This document shows positions 9,951-18,795 of a stretch of DNA of 64,000 bases, piece after piece. Source of the DNA: a virus (lineage: Duplodnaviria; Caudoviricetes); the IMG/VR virus record IMGVR_UViG_3300044513_003764, positions 14,451 through 78,450 of that record; one strand, given 5' to 3'. Below the pieces are notes generated by a model, which did not search any database, was not told the origin of the DNA, and was given only the letters and a program-made list of their open reading frames with translations. The first letter of the stretch is position 1. Each line of letters begins with the position of its first letter. A program made the position numbers and the translations under genes.

Positions 9951-10465
9951 TTGCGCTCACCTTTGATCGGAAGCTGAAGAGGCATAGAACCAGGAGTCCT
10001 GAAATCATTAGGCAGCAGCGCTGCACCAGGATCAGGGGCGTTAAGGAAGTTTTGCTGGGGAAGCGAAGTCAGAATTTGCATCTGACCACGCAGGTTCGGA
10101 TCGAGGCTGTTGTTTGTATCAACCAAGTACTGAGCCTTAGAAAGGTCAGCTGCACGACCAGGCATTACCAGAGAATCCCGGTGGTTGTAACCCGCTAAGC
10201 CGGTAATCTCACTCGAAGGCATGATGTTGCCTTCCTGGTAGTTGGTAGGACCCACGGCGGAACGAACGTATTCGCCCCGATCACGCTGGTACTGAGACGT
10301 GATGCGGTTGATATTATCGAGAGACTGCGCACGGCGCAGATCGATAGCTTCAGGAGTATTCGTAAAGCGCGCTGGTTCTTCGGTCGCCATCGAACCGAGC
10401 GGTTTTACGCGGGAAGCCATGGGACCAAGTCCGCCGGGCCGCTGTAAGAACTGTTGACCTTCCAT
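9947..10465 (-). CDS. hypothetical protein
   Basis: 172-aa ORF preceded by a TTAGAAT motif. Confidence 0.7.
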   Translation of the reverse strand: MEGQQFLQRPGGLGPMASRVKPLGSMATEEPARFTNTPEAIDLRRAQSLDNINRITSQYQRDRGEYVRSAVGPTNYQEGNIMPSSEITGLAGYNHRDSLVMPGRAADLSKAQYLVDTNNSLDPNLRGQMQILTSLPQQNFLNAPDPGAALLPNDFRTPGSMPLQLPIKGERK

Positions 10466-10474
10466 GATTCGATT

Positions 10475-10714
10475 CTAACTGCGTTTTGGCTGTTTTTCGC
10501 GGTTAGTCTCCTCACTAACTACGCGGAGATTGCTAGGGGAATTATTTTCTGGGTTGAAATCTTTATGATCAACCTCTTTTCCATCTCCTTTGCGAACGCG
10601 ACCATTTCGTTCCATATAACGGCGAGCCTTGTTACGAGCGGCGCGCCGTTTCTTCTGTTCTTCAGTCTTACCGTGTTCCTTATATTCTTTTTTGTAATCT
10701 CTCTGGTAAGCCAC
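10475..10714 (-). CDS. small HNH endonuclease-like protein
   Basis: EVDHKDFNPENNSPSNLRVVSEETNR HNH motif after a basic N-terminus. Confidence 0.75.
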   Translation of the reverse strand: MAYQRDYKKEYKEHGKTEEQKKRRAARNKARRYMERNGRVRKGDGKEVDHKDFNPENNSPSNLRVVSEETNREKQPKRS

Positions 10715-10723
10715 GGGAGTTTT

Positions 10724-10957
10724 TTATGATTCTAAAGCAGTCGCAAATAAGTCAACAACTTTATAACCTCGAGCGGTCACCATATGACGCCCAAACTCTG
10801 CCAGATCGTCTTTGTAACGCTGATAGAGCCCTGTGTAGAGGCCGTCATTACAGCCATAGAACTCATAAAGAGCATCTAAAAAATCAGCCTTAGCTTGCTC
10901 TGAGTCAACGTTCCAATTATCGAGAATCTCTTGATAGTCGAAGTAGACCGCAGCCAT
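10724..10957 (-). CDS. hypothetical protein
   Basis: 77-aa ORF within a minus-strand run. Confidence 0.6.
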   Translation of the reverse strand: MAAVYFDYQEILDNWNVDSEQAKADFLDALYEFYGCNDGLYTGLYQRYKDDLAEFGRHMVTARGYKVVDLFATALES

Positions 10958-11005
10958 GGGAGGAGAGGACAGAGTTAGTCAGCTTAAAACACTCAGGCAA
11001 GTAGC

Positions 11006-12241
11006 TTAAAGAGCTTTAATAAACCAACCAGATTTGTTGCCCTCGACCATCCAGCGAGGTCCCAGGTTCGCCTTCGAGTAAAGCTTGTACTCCCCGTCCT
11101 GGCTCACGTAAGTCCCAGCAACAAGGTCTAGGTCACCCCAAGGGTCGTGCACCCAAAGCTTAGACCTGTCTGCAGTTACACCAACCACACAGATCCAGTG
11201 GCCGCCGCCCGATGGTTTACTAACCGAACCCTTATGAAGGATCCCGATCGGGACGGGAATACCCTTCTCGAGCCGTTCTTCGATTGAACTCCAGTCTCCT
11301 GTAGTCAGAAAACTAGATTCGACGCCGAAGTGGGCTAAAGCTTTGACTTGAACGGAGGAATCCGTAGTGTCGCCAATCTTGAAGACTTCTCGAATGTAAT
11401 CATCGTCATTCTCGATGGCATCGGGGTCGAGCCCAGATAGGAGCATGGCGCAACTGCTGGAGAAGCAGGTGCGGTTAGCGTCCCTATAGTTATCGCGTTG
11501 CGAGTAATAAGGTACAGAAAGCTTTATCTCATTCTTAGTGCTCGGTTCAGAGCTTTCGATGTTTACATCATTGATGATCTTCCAATGATCGGGGAAGAAC
11601 CACCACTCTTTATCGGGCTGGAGCTCAAGAATGACTCTTTGGTGCACCTCACCCGCATACATCCGAATCTCAGTCCACTGCCACGCTGCACCCTTAGGTA
11701 CGAATAATTTTTCCTCAGCAGCCAAGGTGGAAGAATCGACCGGCTTGCGCTTAAGCCAGGTGTCACGCTTAGCGAGGATCGACTTTCCCAAGAGAGGGTG
11801 CTTAATCTTCTCCAAGAATAAGGCTTTTTCGTGCTGGCGTCGGCGGACTAGGCCAGGGACGGGCTGGTCACTACCAGCCTTCACCCATTTAGCGAATTCA
11901 GCCGCGACGATCTTACGGTCTGCGTGACCGTTGAGTAGTCTGAGTAACGTGCTATTAACAAACGCAGTAGGGCCAACATTAAAAACAAAAGACACTAGAG
12001 CATCATATTCATTCTGATTTAACTTCCCATTCACGAAGCTGTTTACGGCTTGCTGAGCGCTCTCAGTGTCTCGCCACAAGAGTTTTTCAGCCTCTTCCTC
12101 AGTAATTCTTAGACCGGGTTTTACATCAGGGCCTGTATGTCCGTAGCCAATCGTGTCGACACCTGCGACACACTTATATGCGGTAAGACGCAGACCCTCA
12201 AACTTTTTGATCAGGTCTAACCCACGTTGAGAGAGGGTCAT
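11006..12241 (-). CDS. endolysin: GH24 lysozyme fused to C39-like peptidase
   Basis: N-terminal LIKKFEGLRLTAY...TIGYGHT (GH24); C-terminal VPYYSQRD...TCFSSSCAM...GGHWICVVG...VHDPWG (C39-like Cys/His/Asp). Confidence 0.88.
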   Translation of the reverse strand: MTLSQRGLDLIKKFEGLRLTAYKCVAGVDTIGYGHTGPDVKPGLRITEEEAEKLLWRDTESAQQAVNSFVNGKLNQNEYDALVSFVFNVGPTAFVNSTLLRLLNGHADRKIVAAEFAKWVKAGSDQPVPGLVRRRQHEKALFLEKIKHPLLGKSILAKRDTWLKRKPVDSSTLAAEEKLFVPKGAAWQWTEIRMYAGEVHQRVILELQPDKEWWFFPDHWKIINDVNIESSEPSTKNEIKLSVPYYSQRDNYRDANRTCFSSSCAMLLSGLDPDAIENDDDYIREVFKIGDTTDSSVQVKALAHFGVESSFLTTGDWSSIEERLEKGIPVPIGILHKGSVSKPSGGGHWICVVGVTADRSKLWVHDPWGDLDLVAGTYVSQDGEYKLYSKANLGPRWMVEGNKSGWFIKAL

Positions 12242-12248
12242 ATATAAA

Positions 12249-12281
12249 GCCCAGCCTCAGATACTTTGACAGAGACTGGGC
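12249..12281 (-). promoter_or_regulatory. hairpin just upstream of the endolysin start
   Basis: Minus strand GCCCAGTCTC-13 nt-GAGGCTGGGC, then TTTATAT-ATG; the GAGG lies in the 3' arm. Confidence 0.55.
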
Positions 12282-12306
12282 AGATTTGAGCTAAATTTTT
12301 TATAAA

Positions 12307-12705
12307 TTAAGCCACTAACATCGTCACGCGATATTCAGAAGCACTGCGATCAGTTCGATGAACATAGACAGTGGCTGTATCGCCAGAAGTGACCGAGAAC
12401 GCCACGCCGCTGCCTTGACGACGGGTCATCTTAGGAGCTTCCGCCGTCCCGTCCTCGACCCCGTCGGAACCAACAACTGTGATACCACTTACCCCGAAGG
12501 CCGCAGCGTCGAGAAGAAAAGTAGCGACACCAGTGCTTCCGTAAGTAACCTCATAAACATCAGAGAGAGGATACTTACCGTCACCTGCGAAAGCCCGATA
12601 GGAATCGACAGTTACGTTCAGACCATCATTAGTACGGATTTGGCCAAACCGGCTGATGCCAGCGGGCGCAGCACCTAACTCACGGTTGAAAGTAGTCTCT
12701 GCCAT
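12307..12705 (-). CDS. hypothetical, probable virion protein
   Basis: Likely start MAETTFNRELG at 12705, downstream of a TTAGAAT motif; beta-rich composition. Confidence 0.65.
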   Translation of the reverse strand: MAETTFNRELGAAPAGISRFGQIRTNDGLNVTVDSYRAFAGDGKYPLSDVYEVTYGSTGVATFLLDAAAFGVSGITVVGSDGVEDGTAEAPKMTRRQGSGVAFSVTSGDTATVYVHRTDRSASEYRVTMLVA

Positions 12706-12743
12706 GGCTAAGGTAAAGGCACTTATTGACCTAATTCTAAGGT

Positions 12744-13064
12744 ATGGCTGATGCAAAAAATTACAACAAACTAAACGCTCTTGTATACGAAACGATTGTG
12801 TTCTTATGTAGGTTTTATCCTCTTAAGAGCAAACCCTGGATTCGGAGGATCCTCGACTATTGCCTCCCCGACTGGTCGGCTTTTCGCGCTGAAGTCGCAA
12901 TGTTAGAGGTGGAAGAGCAGATCAAGAATATCCAGAAAGAGTGGGAGAAAGAGGAAAGAGAAAAACAAGAACCTATTTACACAGAGGAATCCGCCGACGA
13001 CTCTGAGGCACAGCGTTTACTAGGCGGAGAGATGAGACTCCGAGCGCCTTTTAGCGATCCTTAG
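12744..13064 (+). CDS. hypothetical protein
   Basis: 106-aa ORF, acidic coiled-coil C-terminus. Confidence 0.6.
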   Translation: MADAKNYNKLNALVYETIVFLCRFYPLKSKPWIRRILDYCLPDWSAFRAEVAMLEVEEQIKNIQKEWEKEEREKQEPIYTEESADDSEAQRLLGGEMRLRAPFSDP

Positions 13065-13263
13065 AGCTTTTCCAAGCTCGGGCTTTACGACCAGCTCGTT
13101 TGGCAGTCTCAGTATTTGCCACGTGGGTGTTAACTGGCTTACCGCGTGTCGCTTCTTTCTTTTTTTCGTCCGTTGCTCGTCGTTCTTCGGCGGACATCGA
13201 CGCCCAGGCAGCTTTAGGTAAGTACCGTTCAGTGCGTCCTTTCTCGCGTGCTACATCAGCCAT
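13051..13263 (-). CDS. small basic protein (DUF5872-like RYLPKAAW segment)
   Basis: ERYLPKAAWASMSAEERRATDEKKK motif, recalled from phage and giant-virus small basic proteins. Confidence 0.6.
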   Translation of the reverse strand: MADVAREKGRTERYLPKAAWASMSAEERRATDEKKKEATRGKPVNTHVANTETAKRAGRKARAWKSSKDR

Positions 13264-13366
13264 CAGATTCGTCTTCCTCGTATAAAGGGCAAGGTTCTTC
13301 GAAAAGGACAGAGATTCTCATCTCCTTGACGCGTTCATTAAGTTCGTCAAAGTCCTCTTCGCTCAT
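13256..13366 (-). CDS. small acidic protein (36 aa), not in ORF track
   Basis: MSEEDFDELNERVKEMRISVLFEEPCPLYEEDESDG*; overlaps both neighbours by a few nt. Confidence 0.5.
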   Translation of the reverse strand: MSEEDFDELNERVKEMRISVLFEEPCPLYEEDESDG

Positions 13367-13587
13367 TTATTTTTCTCGTACTCTTCGCGAGTTTGCCAGT
13401 CCTCCTTAGACCACTTGCTTAGACGGTTTTTAGAGGACTTTTTACCTTCGTAGCGTCCACCAGCCTCCTTGTAGTACTTGGTGGCGAGCTGCATAGCTCG
13501 TGCGCTGTGTCCACCAAGCTTTTTGCGAGCTTTTGCTTTAGCTCGAGCCCACTTTTCGGGGTCTTTTTTCTTAGCTACCTCAGCCAT
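13363..13587 (-). CDS. small basic protein (DUF5872-like N-terminal segment)
   Basis: SARAMQLATKYYKEAGGRYEG...LSKWSKEDW motif. Confidence 0.65.
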   Translation of the reverse strand: MAEVAKKKDPEKWARAKAKARKKLGGHSARAMQLATKYYKEAGGRYEGKKSSKNRLSKWSKEDWQTREEYEKNK

Positions 13588-13841
13588 TAGTCCCGTCCAC
13601 TGGTGTTACGTTCAAATTTACGCCCCGCTTTACGCTCTTCTTTGTACTTTTTAGCGCGAGTTTTTGCGCGGGTTGCGCGGCTCATCTCGCCACGGCGTTT
13701 GCCTTTGCTTGTAGCTTCTTGGGTACCCTCTCGGAGGTCACCAGACTCCTGGAGAGTCTTGGTAGCGATAGCGTAAGCTGAATCCTTCGAGTAGCCTTTC
13801 TCTTCTAACCGTTTAACGGCATCATCTAAGATTGCGGGCAT
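13587..13841 (-). CDS. small basic hypothetical protein
   Basis: 84 aa, K/R-rich; SAYAIAT motif common in phage small proteins. Confidence 0.6.
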   Translation of the reverse strand: MPAILDDAVKRLEEKGYSKDSAYAIATKTLQESGDLREGTQEATSKGKRRGEMSRATRAKTRAKKYKEERKAGRKFERNTSGRD

Positions 13842-13887
13842 GCCTGTAGAAGCGCTCGTATAATTTTAGTAGATCTAGTACTCAAAC

Positions 13888-14067
13888 ATGATCACCTATC
13901 TGCTTAACAATTGGGCTGAGGTTGCCGGTATTGCCGGTGCCCTCCACCTTCTGGCTCTCGCCATTGTGAATCTCACTCCTACCCCTAAGGATGACGAGAT
14001 TTACGGCAAGTTCTACAAGGTGATCGAGATGATCGCAGGCATCATCAGTAAAACCGCTAAAAAGTAA
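13888..14067 (+). CDS. small membrane protein, possible holin (59 aa), not in ORF track
   Basis: MITYLLNNWAEVAGIAGALHLLALAIVNLTPTPKDDEIYGKFYKVIEMIAGIISKTAKK*; hydrophobic helix plus TPTPKDD. Confidence 0.6.
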   Translation: MITYLLNNWAEVAGIAGALHLLALAIVNLTPTPKDDEIYGKFYKVIEMIAGIISKTAKK

Positions 14068-14433
14068 TTAAGCGGCTATTGCTATAGAGGGAAGTCTGGC
14101 AGGCACCAAAGAGAAAAGATCGGGTTCTCGCTGGTTCACCCAACGAAGAATCCGATCTTCTCTGTCTTTAGTCCAGAAATCTTGAGCTCGGTACCACTCG
14201 AACCAACTCGAGGAGCTCTTCTCAAGGTTACAGGCGCCACAAGCAGCAATAAGGTTCTGCTTAATCGTCGCGCCACCACGGGCTTTTGGAACTACGTGGT
14301 CAAGGGTTGTTGGTTTGGACCGTCCGCAGTAGGCACAACAACCCCAGTCATCTAGGATTTGTCGTCGAAACTGTTTACGGGCGCATCTTTTCTGAAGACA
14401 AGTTAAATCAAATAAAAGATCCCGTTCGCTCAC
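14068..14433 (-). CDS. HNH endonuclease
   Basis: CAYCG...LDHVVPKARGG...NLIAACGACNLEK, an intact zinc-binding HNH motif. Confidence 0.88.
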   Translation of the reverse strand: MSERDLLFDLTCLQKRCARKQFRRQILDDWGCCAYCGRSKPTTLDHVVPKARGGATIKQNLIAACGACNLEKSSSSWFEWYRAQDFWTKDREDRILRWVNQREPDLFSLVPARLPSIAIAA

Positions 14434-14493
14434 AAAAGTGAGTGCGGCTGCATATATTCTAACCGGAGATCTTAGACTTGCTGACCCTTAGAC

Positions 14494-16944
14494 TTAGCGT
14501 GCTCGGGCGTACTTGAAGGGGTTCTCGGCAAATGCTGCCCAGACGTAAGTCCCGCCATTTGTATTCATTTCATTTGATGTGCTTCTAGCCTTAAATCCGT
14601 TAGATAGAAAATCAGCTACTGCACTACTGCTTTCTAGAGCAGCGGTATTTGGATATAACTGACCGTCGACAACATTGTAGGTATCACGCGCACTATCTAG
14701 AATCATCCAAAAAGCGGTGCTGTCTGTTCTTTTGGTCATTATCCATCTCGGTCTAAACCCGGTATAAACAAACGTGCCGTCTGCGCTGCCGTTGCCGGTG
14801 TGGCTGCCGAAGGCGCTGTAGCCCTTAACTGGGGCGAAGCAGTAAGCAACCATTTTTTTACCGCTGCCATTTGTTGCTCCGTGGGCACCAACACTAAAGA
14901 CACTTGAAGTGGGCGAGGTGCTGTTCCAGTAAAGGGAAGCCGGTGTAGACGAGTTGTCTAAATTAAGAAATAACGTATTAGCATTGCCAGTTGTTTTTGT
15001 ATAAACACCCCACTCAGTCACTTGATCTCTGTTTTTGACAATGATCAACTCGGGAACAGCTCCCAAGCCGTGGCCAACTGTTGAGGCAGTCAGAGTTCCC
15101 GTCCAGCTAACAATCGAGAATCCCGCCGAGGGGTTGGCGCGGACGGTGCTGGTGATGCTGCCGTCGGTGTTCGGCGCGCTTGATGTACCCGCGTCCCAGT
15201 TCCAGGCGACGTATGTTTCAGGGGAAGCATTATATCTAGGATCTAAGTTTAGAGTAAAACCTGTACTCAAAAAGGATGTCAGACCATTAGATTCGGTTGC
15301 TTCAGCAGCATCAGAGTCTGTCGCAAGTTTTACTGTTGCGCCCCTAACCTGATCGATAAGCCTATGCCCATAGGTGTTAGATCGGGATTTAATCCACACG
15401 AAGTCGGGTTCAAAATTTAGACCGACTACATTCTGAACACCACTGTTACCTGAATAGGTCAGCACGTCGAAGACCGTACTGCCTTTCGTGATCAGCGACG
15501 TGTCGAAGTTGGCGGTGCAGAGTGCCTTGAAGCCGCTGGGGGCGCTGTGTTCGAAGGTGCGTTGGCCGAAGTTGGCTATAGCACTTACAGTTCCGCCCGA
15601 TGTCCCGTTGCTGAGAGCAGGTGACCAGACTGAAAAGCTGGAAGGTAAGTTAATCGCCCCCTGCGAGACACCATCTTTGTAGAAAGTAATCGTTTTAGTG
15701 CCAGAATCCAAATCGAGTGCGGCACCAATAACCGCCCCAGTACTAGCAGCTGCGCCGTAACCGGTACTTGCACCGTCTACATATTTTGAACCGTTACCGA
15801 GATAATACCCAACAGCTCCACCGCCGAAAAGAGATATGGTGCTCTGAGCAACAGAAGCGTCTATGATCCCAACGCCTAAAGCATTTGAGTTTGAAAAACC
15901 GTTATGAGTAACTTCCCAGTACCATTTTCCTGATGATTGTGCAAATGTGCCAGTAATACTGTTTCCTGATCCCGCAGCTAGTGTTACATCAAGATTGCCA
16001 TTAGAGACTGTATTAGAACCACGCTGACGTAGCGGATTCCAAGTGCAATAGTTACCAGATAACTCACCGCCATATCCAGTGTCGGTTGTAGTTCCATCAG
16101 TAATATAATCAGCAAGACTATCATTACCTGCGCCAGGAGTTACACTAATGTTGTTGCTATCGTAGTAATTTCCGTTGCCACTGCTATCCGCACCTATCCC
16201 AACGTTTGAGCCACTGGTCGTGCTGCTGTTATCTGAAAAGTCAAGGTAATAGCCATTGGTTCCGTATGTCACACCAGTGACAGTGATCGGATTCCACACG
16301 CCAGTGGTAACGTCAGTCGCACCGAAACTGCTCGGAGTTAAAACTTGACCATCGAGGAAATGCACCTCTGCTAGCAAAAAATCTCCATGAAAACGAGTGC
16401 CATAAGGATCATTTAGTTCAGCGCCAATCGCAGCCTTCCCTACATCGTTAATACTTAACTCATAGTTAAGGGTTGGCCATCCGGGAGAAGCGGTTACGGT
16501 AAGAGTCTGAAGTACACCATTAACCCAGATCTTGACCCGATTGCTATCAGTTGCTTGCGTTGTGTCAACAGCAAGAACGACGTGATACCACGCCGATGGA
16601 TCTCTAAAAACAGCTTGTGTCCCAACCGAACCAGCGCTATCAACCTTAAAAACTAGAGTGTCTGCAGTCCCAAGGGCGTTTGAGGCATTATCAGGAAAAC
16701 ATAAATACGCACCCTGATCTGTTCCAGTGCTACCAGAGAAAAGATTGTAAGGAAAAGCGCCGAGCTTCCCCCTTTTTAACCAGCAAGAAAACGTGAATTT
16801 CCTTGTATCACCTTTTGTTGTGACTGTACGGGTTAAAGAAGCGCTGTCGGCTGAGTTGAACCGTAGCGAATAATTTTCAGCAACGGAAGGGCCAGCAGCG
16901 GCAGAAGTTAGAAGTAGAGAATTGGACCCACCAGGAACCGACAT
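14494..16944 (-). CDS. tail fibre / receptor-binding protein 1 (LamG-like plus SPRY-like domains)
   Basis: YSLRFNSAD, TFSCWLKR, FRDPSAWYHVV (concanavalin A/LamG-like); SSGKWYWEV...IGAALDLD (SPRY-like); paralog of 18796..22908. Confidence 0.8.
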   Translation of the reverse strand: MSVPGGSNSLLLTSAAAGPSVAENYSLRFNSADSASLTRTVTTKGDTRKFTFSCWLKRGKLGAFPYNLFSGSTGTDQGAYLCFPDNASNALGTADTLVFKVDSAGSVGTQAVFRDPSAWYHVVLAVDTTQATDSNRVKIWVNGVLQTLTVTASPGWPTLNYELSINDVGKAAIGAELNDPYGTRFHGDFLLAEVHFLDGQVLTPSSFGATDVTTGVWNPITVTGVTYGTNGYYLDFSDNSSTTSGSNVGIGADSSGNGNYYDSNNISVTPGAGNDSLADYITDGTTTDTGYGGELSGNYCTWNPLRQRGSNTVSNGNLDVTLAAGSGNSITGTFAQSSGKWYWEVTHNGFSNSNALGVGIIDASVAQSTISLFGGGAVGYYLGNGSKYVDGASTGYGAAASTGAVIGAALDLDSGTKTITFYKDGVSQGAINLPSSFSVWSPALSNGTSGGTVSAIANFGQRTFEHSAPSGFKALCTANFDTSLITKGSTVFDVLTYSGNSGVQNVVGLNFEPDFVWIKSRSNTYGHRLIDQVRGATVKLATDSDAAEATESNGLTSFLSTGFTLNLDPRYNASPETYVAWNWDAGTSSAPNTDGSITSTVRANPSAGFSIVSWTGTLTASTVGHGLGAVPELIIVKNRDQVTEWGVYTKTTGNANTLFLNLDNSSTPASLYWNSTSPTSSVFSVGAHGATNGSGKKMVAYCFAPVKGYSAFGSHTGNGSADGTFVYTGFRPRWIMTKRTDSTAFWMILDSARDTYNVVDGQLYPNTAALESSSAVADFLSNGFKARSTSNEMNTNGGTYVWAAFAENPFKYARAR

Positions 16945-16953
16945 CGCTTAACC

Positions 16954-17676
16954 TCAAACTCCAGAAACGGCTGCAATCAGATTGCCAACAATAGTGGAAG
17001 TACTGGCTGCGTAATAAGCGAGCAAATCAGTCCCGCTCGGGGTCACTGTAAGAGTAGGAGCAGCTCCATTGGAGAAGGACCAGCCGCCGCTATAAGAAAG
17101 TAAACGAGTGCCAGTGCCGTCTTGACGGATATAAATAGCACCGCTCTGACCGCCGCTTGGAGACACGCTGGGTGCAAGGGTCGAGTCACCCTGGAGGGTG
17201 ATGTCGAAGTTATTATTGGCGGAGAAGTCGAGAAGGATTACGCCAGAGCTTACGGTCGAAGAAACAACTCCGTAAGACTGAGAGTCGACCACGAGAGTTC
17301 CGCTGACAATATCGCCAGCTTTAGAGACCTTCGACGTTAGGTCAGTAAGAGCCGCACTACCAGATGCAAGAGCGGTGGAAGCATCGACAAGGGCTGCGTT
17401 ACCGGAAGCGAGGGCAGTAGCAGCAGAGGCAAGAGCAGCATTACCGGAAGCCTGGGCGGAACCGTCAATCGCCAGGGCATCGTCGGCGAAGATCAGGCCG
17501 CTGGCAGCAGGTGCAATCGATGCGTTGATGGTTACCGTGCCGCCGGTAAGGTCGCCGCCGCCGTCTAAACCACTGCCAGCAGCCAGAGTTCCGGCTGTTG
17601 CGCCGACAACGGTATCGCCGACCGGAAGTTCGGAAGTAACTCCACTAACTACAACTAACGGTCGACGTGTTGCCAT
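16954..17676 (-). CDS. fibre-proximal adaptor-like protein with ASGNAAL repeats
   Basis: ASGNAAL coiled-coil repeats; C-terminal LDFS...QDGTGTRLLSY domain; paralog of 22912..23580. Confidence 0.7.
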   Translation of the reverse strand: MATRRPLVVVSGVTSELPVGDTVVGATAGTLAAGSGLDGGGDLTGGTVTINASIAPAASGLIFADDALAIDGSAQASGNAALASAATALASGNAALVDASTALASGSAALTDLTSKVSKAGDIVSGTLVVDSQSYGVVSSTVSSGVILLDFSANNNFDITLQGDSTLAPSVSPSGGQSGAIYIRQDGTGTRLLSYSGGWSFSNGAAPTLTVTPSGTDLLAYYAASTSTIVGNLIAAVSGV

Positions 17677-17705
17677 GGCTTTTCCCTCGTTATTTAAGTA
17701 TAACC

Positions 17706-18209
17706 TCAGTCGTAGAGGATGACGGGAGGTTCGATCTCGACCTGTAGCTCAGTATTACTTAAGGCTTGGCCAATATTGACCAAAGCCGCGTAACCACTGG
17801 CTGCAGTAACGGTACCGGAAGCAGTACTAAAAGCAGTTAACTGCCCGTCGTACTGAGACAAGTAGTAGTACTGACCGGGAACGAGCTCGGTAGCAGCAGT
17901 GATGTTTGCTGCACCAATAACCGCAGTGTCATCGAGGATGACAGCAACGGTGGACGAGGTAGAAGCAGCTGCGGCAGTAATACCGATAGCGTTGTACTGA
18001 GTGGATGCCACGCCGCTTGCTGCTGAGGCAGGAAGGACGTAGGTTCCACTGACGTAAACGACCTCACCCTGGATCAGGTTGGCTCCAGCGGTGAAATCTT
18101 GAGTGGTCGCAGGCGACGTAGAGACACCGGCACCATTGACGAGCCAGACCTGCTGACCCGCCGGGGTGAAATCAGTGTACTGTCGGTTGAAAATACCGCG
18201 TGTCGTCAT
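17706..18209 (-). CDS. virion structural protein (DUF2190/cement-like)
   Basis: AGANLIQGEVVYV...AIGI...IGQALS pattern; paralog of 23583..24059. Confidence 0.55.
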   Translation of the reverse strand: MTTRGIFNRQYTDFTPAGQQVWLVNGAGVSTSPATTQDFTAGANLIQGEVVYVSGTYVLPASAASGVASTQYNAIGITAAAASTSSTVAVILDDTAVIGAANITAATELVPGQYYYLSQYDGQLTAFSTASGTVTAASGYAALVNIGQALSNTELQVEIEPPVILYD

Positions 18210-18214
18210 AGCGA

Positions 18215-18724
18215 TCAGACTCCACTAGGGTCAACACCGCTCGGTTCGACGTATTGGGGCCAATAGTTGTAGTCAGAGGGAGCACCGCCGGAAGGGGTGA
18301 TGTAAGTGACGTAATCAGCCAGTCCGGGAGTATCGGTGGTCAGGGACAGCATGGTCACCTTGCCTTCGCAGGCGTAACGGATGTCCTGACGCCAAGCCTT
18401 AAGGCCGCTGGGTACCACGGTGCCGTTGTCGGCCTCACGAATGACCATCCAGTCAGTCGGAGCCAGAAAGCCATTTGCCGCTTGACGCGTCGTGTCGGTC
18501 CACTGGGTGACCAGCTGACCATGATCCTTAGGGATCAACGTACCGCTAGCTGTATATCCCCAGTAAAAACGTTGGTCGTAGGAGGGAGGGTCCGGAACCC
18601 AAGTAATACCAATGGCTTCACGAGCTGCGGTTGAAGATAACCTCAGCCAATTAGCAGGATAAAGGGTACCGTTTGCCTCAAACGGCCTATCGAGGGCTAA
18701 CGGTTTTCCGTTTAAGACAAACAT
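18215..18724 (-). CDS. tail fibre assembly-like protein
   Basis: YPANWL, DQRFYW, FLAPTDWMVIRE and WRQDIR motifs; directly after fibre 2. Confidence 0.6.
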   Translation of the reverse strand: MFVLNGKPLALDRPFEANGTLYPANWLRLSSTAAREAIGITWVPDPPSYDQRFYWGYTASGTLIPKDHGQLVTQWTDTTRQAANGFLAPTDWMVIREADNGTVVPSGLKAWRQDIRYACEGKVTMLSLTTDTPGLADYVTYITPSGGAPSDYNYWPQYVEPSGVDPSGV

Positions 18725-18795
18725 CGCCGCGCGGATTTTTTTAAATTCTAACCGTTAAGTCGACGGTAGAGCAAATGCCGACTTTATTAGTTTCT

